Source: a virus
Reading direction: 5' to 3' (one strand)
Virus record (IMG/VR): IMGVR_UViG_3300023296_001253
Length of the DNA: 64,000 bases
In this document: positions 55,701 to 64,000 of the stretch, one piece after another
Numbering within the stretch: the first letter of the stretch is position 1
How the letters are laid out: every line of letters starts with the position of its first letter
Translations under genes and position numbers: made by a program
The notes under the pieces: generated by a model
Database searches by the model: none
Seen by the model: only the letters and a program-made list of their open reading frames with translations
What the model was told of the DNA's origin: nothing

Positions 55701-57641
55701 ATGGCAAAAACTTATTATAGCAATACAAGTTTAGGAAATAGCTCGACTACTTCTACTACTTATCAAGATAAAGTTACACTTACTTTTACTCCAGTAGCTA
55801 GTACTAACTATGCTATTTTTTTCACGTGCCTTGTTACTCAAAGTAGCACTTCATCTGATGTTAGAGTTCAGTTATATAATTCTACTGATGCTATACAAAT
55901 GTATGAAGTCATATTGACTCCAAAAGATACAACTGATCAAATGGCTGTAACTGGTGTCGCAATATATGAAGAAGGAATATCACCAGCTTCTACAACATTT
56001 TCATTACAATATTGCCGAAGATCTGGAAGCACAGCAAAAATTCAAGATGCTTATTTAACAGCAGTAGAACTTGTTGGCACAGATATATTTAATAACACAT
56101 TAACACACACTTCTATAACAGGTGGATCTGATGGAACAGATGGTGATGATCAATATCAAACACTTAATACATTAACAGTGCCACCTGGTGATTATACTAT
56201 TGTTGGATCGTGTGCATATAGCAGTGATCAGACTTCGGCAAGTTCGGATGTACGAACTAGACTTTTGCTATGGGATGATACTAATAACAATCCATATGGA
56301 TATATAGATTCTTCATATTTAGCTGGGTCTGATGTAGATTATCCATATTGGTATGTTATGAATGCTTCTCCTGCAGCTAATACTAATTATGATCTTAGAG
56401 CTGGTGAAGATTGGAATTCTATTATGACTGCGTCATTTAGAACTATTTTAGCTCTTGATAGATCTGAATTTAGACATGTTTATTCATCACACGCTGAAAA
56501 TAGGCAAACAACAGTTTCTACGTCAGATCAAACAGCAGAAACAATAACAGTAAATTTAGATAGTAGTGGAAACAATTTGATACTTAGTTCGTGGTGGGGT
56601 TCTTATAATAACACCTCTAGATCGTGGTTATCAAATATACAAATAAATGGATCTGATGTTTATACTACAGATATTTCAGTTGAACCAGAAGATAGGGTAA
56701 GTTCATTTACAGGAAGTTCTGGTTCTTTGTGGTCTGCTGGTTTTGCTGGAATTCAAAATTTATCTTCTGGAAATAATACAATTGAAATAATATGGAAAGG
56801 TGAGGGGACTGATTCTAGTACTGTAGCTAGAACTAATATAACTGGTTTTGATTTGGATAATTATATTGGGTTTGACTGGAATGTTAAAGATAGTGGTACT
56901 TGGAAAATTTCAACAGCTTTTTATGCTAAAGATGCTGGCACATGGAAGCCGGCTACAAATGTTTATGTTAAATCAAGTGGTACTTGGCAGAGCATTGCAT
57001 CAGAAGCAACATTTACTGGTGAAACAGTAGATGCTACTTCTAGCAGTTATACAAGCGTCTTCCCAAATCCACCAGTAAGTCCACCACCCGTCTCATGTTT
57101 CTTTGCTTGGCAAAAAGTCCTTATGGCAGATGGAACCACAAAACCTATTGGTGAAATTATTACTGGAGACAGAGTTTGTGGACGCTGGTCAATCAATACG
57201 GTGCGCGCGATCCAGAAGCCAATACTTGGTAATCGTAGCATGTGGAAACTAAATAATATATGTTATAATACTGCAGAACACCCAACTTGGACTAAAACAG
57301 GATGGGCAGTTATAGATTATGATTATTATGTGAATAATGATTGGATGGGTGAATTCGAATTATTTGATAACACCAATAATACATCTTGGAAAGAAATTTA
57401 TAGACCATGTCATCCAGATAAGATGAATATTCTTAAACCAAACGTGCATGAACTTGCGATATATGGTTCATTAAAATGGATGCCATTAACTAGCATGATA
57501 GAAGATACTAATTTTGCACCAGATACTCAATTATATTCTTTAGCATTAGATAATTGTAGAACAATGTATGTAGATGGATTCTGCTTCTCTGGTTGGGCTG
57601 ATGAGAGCATAATTGATTATGATTCTAAAATTGGTACTTAA
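55701..57641 (+). CDS. tail fibre/adhesin with C-terminal Hint domain
   Basis: Three KxxGTW repeats; Pro-rich linker; CF....VLMADG..KPI..I..GD.V; TAEHP. Confidence 0.75.
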   Translation: MAKTYYSNTSLGNSSTTSTTYQDKVTLTFTPVASTNYAIFFTCLVTQSSTSSDVRVQLYNSTDAIQMYEVILTPKDTTDQMAVTGVAIYEEGISPASTTFSLQYCRRSGSTAKIQDAYLTAVELVGTDIFNNTLTHTSITGGSDGTDGDDQYQTLNTLTVPPGDYTIVGSCAYSSDQTSASSDVRTRLLLWDDTNNNPYGYIDSSYLAGSDVDYPYWYVMNASPAANTNYDLRAGEDWNSIMTASFRTILALDRSEFRHVYSSHAENRQTTVSTSDQTAETITVNLDSSGNNLILSSWWGSYNNTSRSWLSNIQINGSDVYTTDISVEPEDRVSSFTGSSGSLWSAGFAGIQNLSSGNNTIEIIWKGEGTDSSTVARTNITGFDLDNYIGFDWNVKDSGTWKISTAFYAKDAGTWKPATNVYVKSSGTWQSIASEATFTGETVDATSSSYTSVFPNPPVSPPPVSCFFAWQKVLMADGTTKPIGEIITGDRVCGRWSINTVRAIQKPILGNRSMWKLNNICYNTAEHPTWTKTGWAVIDYDYYVNNDWMGEFELFDNTNNTSWKEIYRPCHPDKMNILKPNVHELAIYGSLKWMPLTSMIEDTNFAPDTQLYSLALDNCRTMYVDGFCFSGWADESIIDYDSKIGT

Positions 57642-58222
57642 TGAAAAAGCTACCAACATTATTTACTGATGTGTCGTGGAAAATAAATGAAATTAAACCA
57701 AATAGCAATATATATCTAATTGAGAATTTTTTATCTGATATAGAATGCGATAAGATAATGAAAAGTGAGTGGGATTTGAAATCTGGCGGAGTATATTCAT
57801 CAGATGGTAATTCATATGTCGATGAATATTATCGTAAGTGTTCAGCATTATCTATTGATATTCCTACTTTAAAACAGAAAATTTCAAATTTAGTGAATTG
57901 GCCAATTGATAAATCCGAATCATGTGTTTTAATGCATTACAAAGTCGGGGATTTCTTTAAACCTCATTCTGATTATATTGATCATTTACCTGATGATGTT
58001 AATCGAAATGCAACTTTGATTCTTTATCTTAATACGCCAGAAAAAGGCGGAGAAACAATATTTCCATCGCGCCAGATTAAAGTCCCAGCAATTAAAGGTA
58101 ATGCTCTTTTTTATAATTATACAGCAGATAGAAAAGAAATGCATGCTGGCTGTCGAATTAAAGAAGGCGAAAAATGGATTATTACACAGTGGTTTCGCGA
58201 AAAAGATTATATAAATAAATAA
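57641..58222 (+). CDS. 2OG-Fe(II) prolyl 4-hydroxylase-like oxygenase
   Basis: PHSD, YLN...GGET.FP, HAG..I..GEKWI...W. Confidence 0.88.
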   Translation: MKKLPTLFTDVSWKINEIKPNSNIYLIENFLSDIECDKIMKSEWDLKSGGVYSSDGNSYVDEYYRKCSALSIDIPTLKQKISNLVNWPIDKSESCVLMHYKVGDFFKPHSDYIDHLPDDVNRNATLILYLNTPEKGGETIFPSRQIKVPAIKGNALFYNYTADRKEMHAGCRIKEGEKWIITQWFREKDYINK

Positions 58223-58243
58223 AATAGCAAATAGAGATGAGAA

Positions 58244-58570
58244 ATGTCAACAAAAGTTAATTTACTTATAGATCAGGGAGCAGATTTTGCTACAACTATC
58301 AATCTCAATGATGAAACTGGCGCTGCCATTGATCTTTCTACATATACCGGACGCTCGCAAATTAGAAAGCATTATACTTCAAGCAATTCAGTTAGTATAG
58401 ATATTGCTACTACAAATACCGGTATAATAACTCTTTCATTATCTGCAGCTGCAACAGCAAATATTGTTGCTGGAAGATATGTATATGATGTAGAACTTGT
58501 AGATCAGTCTAATGCTGTATCTAGAATTGTTGAAGGAATTGTAACTGTAACTCCAAACGTAACAAGGTAA
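58244..58570 (+). CDS. virion beta-sandwich protein (fibre-associated)
   Basis: IDQGADF, GRYVYDVE, RIVEG..TV.P.VT; TATAAATA at 58210-58217. Confidence 0.75.
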   Translation: MSTKVNLLIDQGADFATTINLNDETGAAIDLSTYTGRSQIRKHYTSSNSVSIDIATTNTGIITLSLSAAATANIVAGRYVYDVELVDQSNAVSRIVEGIVTVTPNVTR

Positions 58571-58576
58571 ATATAG

Positions 58577-58900
58577 ATGTCTGTAACATTAGCAAATGCT
58601 ATTGTAACTTCTTCTGGTTCTCGTACTGCTAATGTTATAGTAAGAGCTGTTGGGAATTTGCTCTTATCAAATCCAATCCAATATCCAGTAACACTTACTG
58701 GGCAGGTTGGCGAAATTTCTATAGCTAGGGTCTCTGTAGCAAATGGAGGCACCGGAGTTCAATCCATCACGAATAATGCCATTATATATGGCCAAGGAAC
58801 AGACCCTGTCTCAGAAGCTTCTGGAGATCCATATGAAGTTCTTCAATTATCGGCTGCTGGCGTTCCTATTTTCACTACTATTGATGGTGGTGAGTTTTAA
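58577..58900 (+). CDS. short fibre-like virion protein
   Basis: V.NGGTG motif; C-terminal IDGG.F. Confidence 0.6.
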   Translation: MSVTLANAIVTSSGSRTANVIVRAVGNLLLSNPIQYPVTLTGQVGEISIARVSVANGGTGVQSITNNAIIYGQGTDPVSEASGDPYEVLQLSAAGVPIFTTIDGGEF

Positions 58901-59169
58901 TACTTTTGACTGTAAAAGAATCTTGTTATTTTGTGTTTCATTAAAATTGAGATCGCATTAATTTCACTAATTCCATCCGTTAGCTTTTGATATCTTTTTG
59001 TTTTGTAAAATATACAATATGGATTATCATGAGCAATTCTATCATCAACTTTATAGTAAGAATTGTGAATAATAGATGTGTTTCCTTCTGTTGATTCATA
59101 AATATATCCAGCAAATTTTCCGGTCATTTTCCATTTATATGATTTCATTATACTCTCCAAAAATGCCAA
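58897..59169 (-). CDS. hypothetical protein
   Basis: ORF track; downstream of the GT. Confidence 0.35.
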   Translation of the reverse strand: MAFLESIMKSYKWKMTGKFAGYIYESTEGNTSIIHNSYYKVDDRIAHDNPYCIFYKTKRYQKLTDGISEINAISILMKHKITRFFYSQKY

Positions 59170-62100
59170 TCACTATCATATTCATGTGAACAAAACTCTT
59201 CCCAGTTTTCAAATCCTATAGATTTCATATAATCTAGAACTTCTTTTTGCTGAGGAGCTCCTTTGTTATATTCTACTTTTTGAACTTCTAAAATTATATG
59301 ATTGCAAGATTTAAGAGTTTTTTCAGCTCCTTTTAGAATATCTAATTCTGCTCCTTGAACATCCATTTTAATAAGATCTGGAAGTGGTATATTATATTGT
59401 TCTACCATAGAATCCAGCGTTCTCATAATCATTTTACGAGCTGAAGAATCTGGAAAATACTTTAGCGCTTCTGGATTTATATCTGGATTTTCTCTATAAT
59501 ATGAATTTCCACCGGGATACATTGTGTTTTGATAAAAGACGATTTCTTCTTTATCTTTGTTTCCAAGAGGTCCAATCGTGTAGTCCTGCCAGCCAAGATT
59601 ATTGTATAATTGTTCTACTTCTGGCATAGCTTCAAACAAAATAATTCTAGCATCAGGCCATATATTTTTAGCTGGCTTAGCCCAATGCAAGACACAAGAT
59701 CCAATATCATAAATCACATTTGGATATATCTGTTGTGCATCTCTCATTGTTCTTAAATGTGTACGATGCTGATATGGCAATAGATTTTGTTCATACAAAT
59801 TAACAAGTCTTTCATATTCTTTATTTTCAAGAGGTTCGACATTAGGTCGTGTGTTAATATCAACCTTCCATCTTGTTTCACCTATATGCTCACACTGAAT
59901 TGTCGTATCTGCGTAAAGTTTAAATCCACATTCTCTAGCATTCTGACAGAAATAAATATCTTCAGATATCGTGTTTTTGTGATCAATTGCAGACTTATAA
60001 TAAAAATGTGGAAGATCTGTTTTATTGAAAACTTCTTTTTTTACAAGAACACAACCAAATCCACATGCTTTTATTTCCATAAAATCACTTACAATATCAT
60101 TTTTCTCGATATGAGCAACTCCATCAAACCCAGCATCTTTATATATTTCTAATATTTCTTTACCTGGAATTCGTTGATAATAAAGGCCACTTACTATATC
60201 TTTATCATGATATAATAACTTTTTAAGAGTATCTGGCTTAAATACTATATCATGATCTACTGAGAATAGATAATCATAATCCTTATTAACTATCCAATCT
60301 GCTATTAGATTTCTAACTTGATCTACATTGTAGCCATAAAAATGCTGATATTCTGTTTTATATCCATCAGGAACTTCTAAATCATAAATGGATTTGAATG
60401 TATCTGGTTCAATATATCTGGCTGTTGGTATTGCGATTAATATTTTCTTCACTTCACTGTTTTCCTTTTTTTTTAAAATCGATTGTGCATTTTTAAATTG
60501 TTCGTTTGCATTCACTTTATAATCATTCAATGGAGAATCATCATTATACACATAAACTATATCTTTTACTGCTAGTACTTTGTCTGGATCAGTATTTTCT
60601 ATTATGGCGTAAAATAGAGCACCATCGCCACCGGCTCTATAATATTCACCATTCTCATCTAGATATAAATCAGTTCTCGATGGAAGATTTCCAAGCCTAA
60701 AAGTTCTTAAATGAGTGTAAGGCATATTCCACGCAAATTTGTGTTCTCTATATGACCTATTCTGTTTTACTTCATCTGGATAATCTTGAGCTATTAATGG
60801 AATATTATCTGTTATTGACCACATTGATCCATAAGTAAATTCATATCCTTCATGATAAAGATTATTATAAAAATGAAATATTTCTGGATCATTTACTAAT
60901 TTGTCATCACCATCTAGAAGTATGATAATATTATTCCATGTGTTGCTAAGAGCTTTTATATCTTGCATCATTTCTATTTGATTATATAAAGCACCTTTGT
61001 TTTCTTCATTCTTAATTAAAACAAAACGATTCTGAACTTCTTTAGGAAGAGTTTTAATATAATTTTCTGCTACATCATATGAATCATCTGTTGAACAATC
61101 ATCTATTAAAAAGTGTTGGTACTCATCATAATCCTGAGAAGCTACAGAATCTATACAATCTTCAATATATTCTCTTGCATTATAAAATGGAGTAATAACA
61201 TTAATTATTTTTTGCTTTGAATTTCGCTGTATTTTATTTTCTTCTGGATTTGAGAATCTTCGGCCAAAAATTTTATGAACTCTTTGGTTAATTTTGCTTA
61301 CTTCTCTGTATTCATTTACAGGAAGATATTCATTAGTTTTGCTATATAAATGTTGCTTCCATTGAAGAGCTATAGAATCCCAGCCTACTATATCTTTAAT
61401 AATGCTACAATAATTTGATTTCTGTTGATATAAATATTTGTCAGAATGAGCTTTTACAACCAAGTCAACAAATTTATCGATTTGTTTATCTGTGTTTATA
61501 TTAGGAAAAAGATTATTTGGCTCAATTGGATAATCAATTTTATAACAGGCCAAATCTATAGCAGTTTCTTCAAGAGCGCCAAATCGACATGTTATAAGTG
61601 GAGTATTATATAAAAGAGATTCTAACGATGATATTCCAAATGTTTCTGGAAATGCGCATGGATATATCATAAAAGAAGCTTCTTTTAGTATATTAGCTAT
61701 GTCTTTTTGAGGTATAACGCCAGTGAAAGCAATATCGAGTTTCTTATGTTTACTGTCTCGTAGGAGTACTTGAAATGTTTTTTCTTGATCGTCAGGACCG
61801 CTGCTGCTTCTGAATCGGTAGAACCCACCAATAATTGTAAGTTTCGCATTTGGTATTCTCTCTTTCACTCTTGGCCAAATTCGTTCTACTAAAGGAACCA
61901 TTCCTTTAGTCACAGAAGCATTAAAAACAAAAAGATCAGGATCTTTTGCATTTAAATCTACTTCATTTGGCCCATATTTTACTGCGCCATTTCTGGTTTG
62001 GAATATTTTGTTTTTAAGTACCTCAAAATTTCTTTTTTCTCCATGAGAGCATGTAGTAACATAAGATGTGTGAAAATCAGATAATGTAAATATTTCATCT

Positions 62101-62492
62101 ATTGCTCCAGATACTATAAGTGGCTCTAAAGCTCTATCTCCTCCATCCATTATAAAAGTATCGTGCATCCATATAACTTTGTGTTTAGCAGATATTCTTA
62201 AAGATTCATATCTTTCTTCTAAAAATGGTTTTGTAGAACGAGAAGATATTAATATATCAGTTTCATGATCTGTTATTTGAGTAAGATCTATAAATTCTAC
62301 ACCATCGTATATTCCTGGAGAACAATGATCATCTAAACAATTATTAAAAACTGTTACATTAAAACCTAATTTTGAAAGAGATTTTGAAAGAAGTATTACG
62401 GCCGATTCTGATCCACCTAAACCTCTTTGTGAAAGAGTATTTCCATCATATGTTAATCCTAAAATATCAATAAAAGCAATTCTCAAATTCAT
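59148..62492 (-). CDS. multidomain glycosyltransferase: GT4, GT2, GT2-like and FkbM methyltransferase
   Basis: GGSE/HD/ETFGISSLE; TPFYN/DDCSTD/DGDD; SVDHD/GFGCVL/SED; YDIGS/KMDVQGAE. Confidence 0.88.
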   Translation of the reverse strand: MNLRIAFIDILGLTYDGNTLSQRGLGGSESAVILLSKSLSKLGFNVTVFNNCLDDHCSPGIYDGVEFIDLTQITDHETDILISSRSTKPFLEERYESLRISAKHKVIWMHDTFIMDGGDRALEPLIVSGAIDEIFTLSDFHTSYVTTCSHGEKRNFEVLKNKIFQTRNGAVKYGPNEVDLNAKDPDLFVFNASVTKGMVPLVERIWPRVKERIPNAKLTIIGGFYRFRSSSGPDDQEKTFQVLLRDSKHKKLDIAFTGVIPQKDIANILKEASFMIYPCAFPETFGISSLESLLYNTPLITCRFGALEETAIDLACYKIDYPIEPNNLFPNINTDKQIDKFVDLVVKAHSDKYLYQQKSNYCSIIKDIVGWDSIALQWKQHLYSKTNEYLPVNEYREVSKINQRVHKIFGRRFSNPEENKIQRNSKQKIINVITPFYNAREYIEDCIDSVASQDYDEYQHFLIDDCSTDDSYDVAENYIKTLPKEVQNRFVLIKNEENKGALYNQIEMMQDIKALSNTWNNIIILLDGDDKLVNDPEIFHFYNNLYHEGYEFTYGSMWSITDNIPLIAQDYPDEVKQNRSYREHKFAWNMPYTHLRTFRLGNLPSRTDLYLDENGEYYRAGGDGALFYAIIENTDPDKVLAVKDIVYVYNDDSPLNDYKVNANEQFKNAQSILKKKENSEVKKILIAIPTARYIEPDTFKSIYDLEVPDGYKTEYQHFYGYNVDQVRNLIADWIVNKDYDYLFSVDHDIVFKPDTLKKLLYHDKDIVSGLYYQRIPGKEILEIYKDAGFDGVAHIEKNDIVSDFMEIKACGFGCVLVKKEVFNKTDLPHFYYKSAIDHKNTISEDIYFCQNARECGFKLYADTTIQCEHIGETRWKVDINTRPNVEPLENKEYERLVNLYEQNLLPYQHRTHLRTMRDAQQIYPNVIYDIGSCVLHWAKPAKNIWPDARIILFEAMPEVEQLYNNLGWQDYTIGPLGNKDKEEIVFYQNTMYPGGNSYYRENPDINPEALKYFPDSSARKMIMRTLDSMVEQYNIPLPDLIKMDVQGAELDILKGAEKTLKSCNHIILEVQKVEYNKGAPQQKEVLDYMKSIGFENWEEFCSHEYDSDWHFWRV

Positions 62493-62498
62493 TCTCCA

Positions 62499-62554
62499 TA
62501 TAAATAACTATAATTATATCACACATTTATATAAATGTATATATCCTATTTATA
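62499..62554. promoter_or_regulatory. face-to-face T4 late promoters
   Basis: Plus-strand TATAAATA 62499-62506; minus-strand TATAAATA 62554-62547. Confidence 0.6.
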
Positions 62555-62591
62555 AAAAAATCAGTACATACTGATAAGGAGAATCCGACAT

Positions 62592-64000
62592 ATGGCCGGT
62601 AATAAAATCCAAGTTAAAAGAACTTCGGTTTCTGGTAAACAACCAAATACTTCTACAATTGATGTTGGCGAACTTGCTGTTAATATAACAGATGGTATTC
62701 TATACTCATCTGATGGAGCTGAAATTTTTGAAATTGGAGCTAATGTTACATCATTGAATGTGACAGGTGCTGCTGCATTAAATGCAATTTCTGCTAATGG
62801 TGGAACTGGTTCTTCTGGTCAAACATTAACATCAAATGGATCTTCCCTTTATTGGTCTTCGATTTCAACAGGATATACTGGATCTAGTGGAGATATTGGT
62901 TATACTGGATCTGCTTCTACAGTAATTGGCTATACTGGATCAAAAGGCGATACTGGATATGCTGGTTCTAAAGGCGATCAAGGTAACATAGGTTACAATG
63001 GTTCTAAAGGAATACAGGGAGATACGGGATATATAGGATCTAGAGGAGTTCAGGGAACTGCTGGCTATACCGGATCTAAGGGTGATCAAGGAACGTTTGG
63101 TTATACAGGATCTAGAGGACTTCTTGGTTATGATGGATCTCAGGGTGATCAAGGAAACATAGGCTATACTGGTTCTAAAGGAACACAAGGAGATTTTGGT
63201 TACACTGGATCTCAAGGTGACCAAGGTGTTACAGGTTATACTGGATCTCTTGGATATACTGGTTCTTTTGGCTATACAGGATCCAGAGGACTTCTTGGTT
63301 ACACTGGATCTCAAGGTGACCAAGGTGTTATAGGTTATACTGGATCTCTTGGTTATACTGGATCTCAAGGTGACCAAGGTGTTATAGGTTATACTGGATC
63401 TCTTGGTTATACTGGATCTCAAGGTGACCAAGGTGTCATTGGTTATACAGGATCTCAAGGCGACCAAGGTGACATAGGTTATACAGGATCAGCATCTACA
63501 GTTATAGGTTACACTGGCTCTGCTTCTACAGTAATTGGTTACACTGGCTCTGCTTCTACAGTAATTGGTTACACTGGGTCTGCTTCTACAGTTATAGGTT
63601 ACACTGGTTCTCAAGGTGATCAGGGTGTTATAGGTTATACTGGATCAGCATCTACAGTTATAGGTTACACTGGATCTCTTGGATATACTGGTTCTCAAGG
63701 CGATCAAGGCGTTATAGGTTACACTGGATCTCAAGGTGACCAAGGTGTTACAGGTTATACTGGATCTAGAGGAGTTCAGGGAACTGCTGGCTATACCGGA
63801 TCTAAGGGTGATCAAGGAACGTTTGGTTATACAGGATCCAGAGGACTTCTTGGTTATGATGGATCTCAGGGTGATCAAGGAAACATAGGATATACTGGTT
63901 CTAAAGGAACACAAGGAGATTTTGGTTACACTGGATCTCAAGGTGACCAAGGAAACATAGGCTATACTGGTTCTAAAGGAACACAAGGACTTCTTGGTTA
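62592..64000 (+). CDS. collagen-like tail fibre, partial (no stop in the window), not in the ORF track
   Basis: AAGGAG SD; MAGNKIQVKRTSVSGKQP...GELAVN..DG.LY fibre N-terminus, then GYTGS-rich Gly-X-Y repeats. Confidence 0.9.
   Translation, partial: MAGNKIQVKRTSVSGKQPNTSTIDVGELAVNITDGILYSSDGAEIFEIGANVTSLNVTGAAALNAISANGGTGSSGQTLTSNGSSLYWSSISTGYTGSSGDIGYTGSASTVIGYTGSKGDTGYAGSKGDQGNIGYNGSKGIQGDTGYIGSRGVQGTAGYTGSKGDQGTFGYTGSRGLLGYDGSQGDQGNIGYTGSKGTQGDFGYTGSQGDQGVTGYTGSLGYTGSFGYTGSRGLLGYTGSQGDQGVIGYTGSLGYTGSQGDQGVIGYTGSLGYTGSQGDQGVIGYTGSQGDQGDIGYTGSASTVIGYTGSASTVIGYTGSASTVIGYTGSASTVIGYTGSQGDQGVIGYTGSASTVIGYTGSLGYTGSQGDQGVIGYTGSQGDQGVTGYTGSRGVQGTAGYTGSKGDQGTFGYTGSRGLLGYDGSQGDQGNIGYTGSKGTQGDFGYTGSQGDQGNIGYTGSKGTQGLLG
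62870..64000 (+). repeat. coding Gly-X-Y repeat array
   Basis: Recurring ggttatactggatct units; 191-bp duplication 63036-63226 / 63762-63952. Confidence 0.9.

Noticed and set aside
57096-57641. Canonical splicing intein
   Set aside because: No terminal His-Asn followed by Cys/Ser/Thr and almost no C-extein; treated as a Hint cleavage domain.
54267-57641. Diversity-generating retroelement in the fibre genes
   Set aside because: No reverse transcriptase and no TR/VR pair with adenine-specific mismatches; the repeats are in-frame tandem duplications.
62940-63986. Minus-strand ORFs 62940-63467 and 63645-63986
   Set aside because: They are antisense shadows of the collagen repeat. The plus frame from 62592 has an SD, a promoter and a fibre N-terminus.
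62870-64000. CRISPR-like appearance of the repeat array
   Set aside because: Unit lengths are multiples of 3, they encode Gly-X-Y, there are no unique spacers and no cas genes.
1-64000. tRNA or rRNA genes
   Set aside because: No cloverleaf or rRNA-like segment seen in the short intergenic gaps; tRNAscan-SE would confirm.

Overview
This is an AT-rich 64 kb segment of a large T4-like myophage genome (the gene order resembles cyanophage and alphaproteobacterial T4-like phages). It uses the standard genetic code, and I saw no tRNA, rRNA or CRISPR array. In order it holds: leftward early micro-ORFs; a lysis block (two 3TM-holin-like genes and a PG-binding/M15 endolysin); a displaced PAAR gene; a methyltransferase/sulfotransferase/GT25 cassette; probable internal head proteins, Dps and virion proteins; primase, nrdA, NADAR and nrdB; glutaredoxin, GT4, rnh, phoH, exonuclease, gp33, gp59 and gp32; the hub/baseplate module (gp51, gp26, tube-like, gp2, gp4, gp48, gp53, gp27-like, split gp5, gp25, gp6, gp7, gp8, DUF4815/VrlC-like); tail-fibre genes, one with a Hint domain; a prolyl-4-hydroxylase; a four-domain glycosyltransferase-methyltransferase; and a proline-free collagen-like fibre gene that runs off the end and is missing from the ORF track. 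The main finding is a 1175-bp insertion at the 3' end of nrdB that duplicates the last 26 codons. The copy now ending NrdB has Gln at the two conserved Glu positions (E. coli E350/E352 equivalents; QTQISSY). The canonical ETEISSY copy is fused to the end of an ORF made of a putative Cys-His-Asp (transglutaminase/deamidase-like) domain and a GIY-YIG homing endonuclease. My inference, untested, is a homing element that recodes its target (GAA to CAA) to escape cleavage and restores Glu post-translationally by deamidation. All family assignments come from motif recognition by eye; no searches were run.
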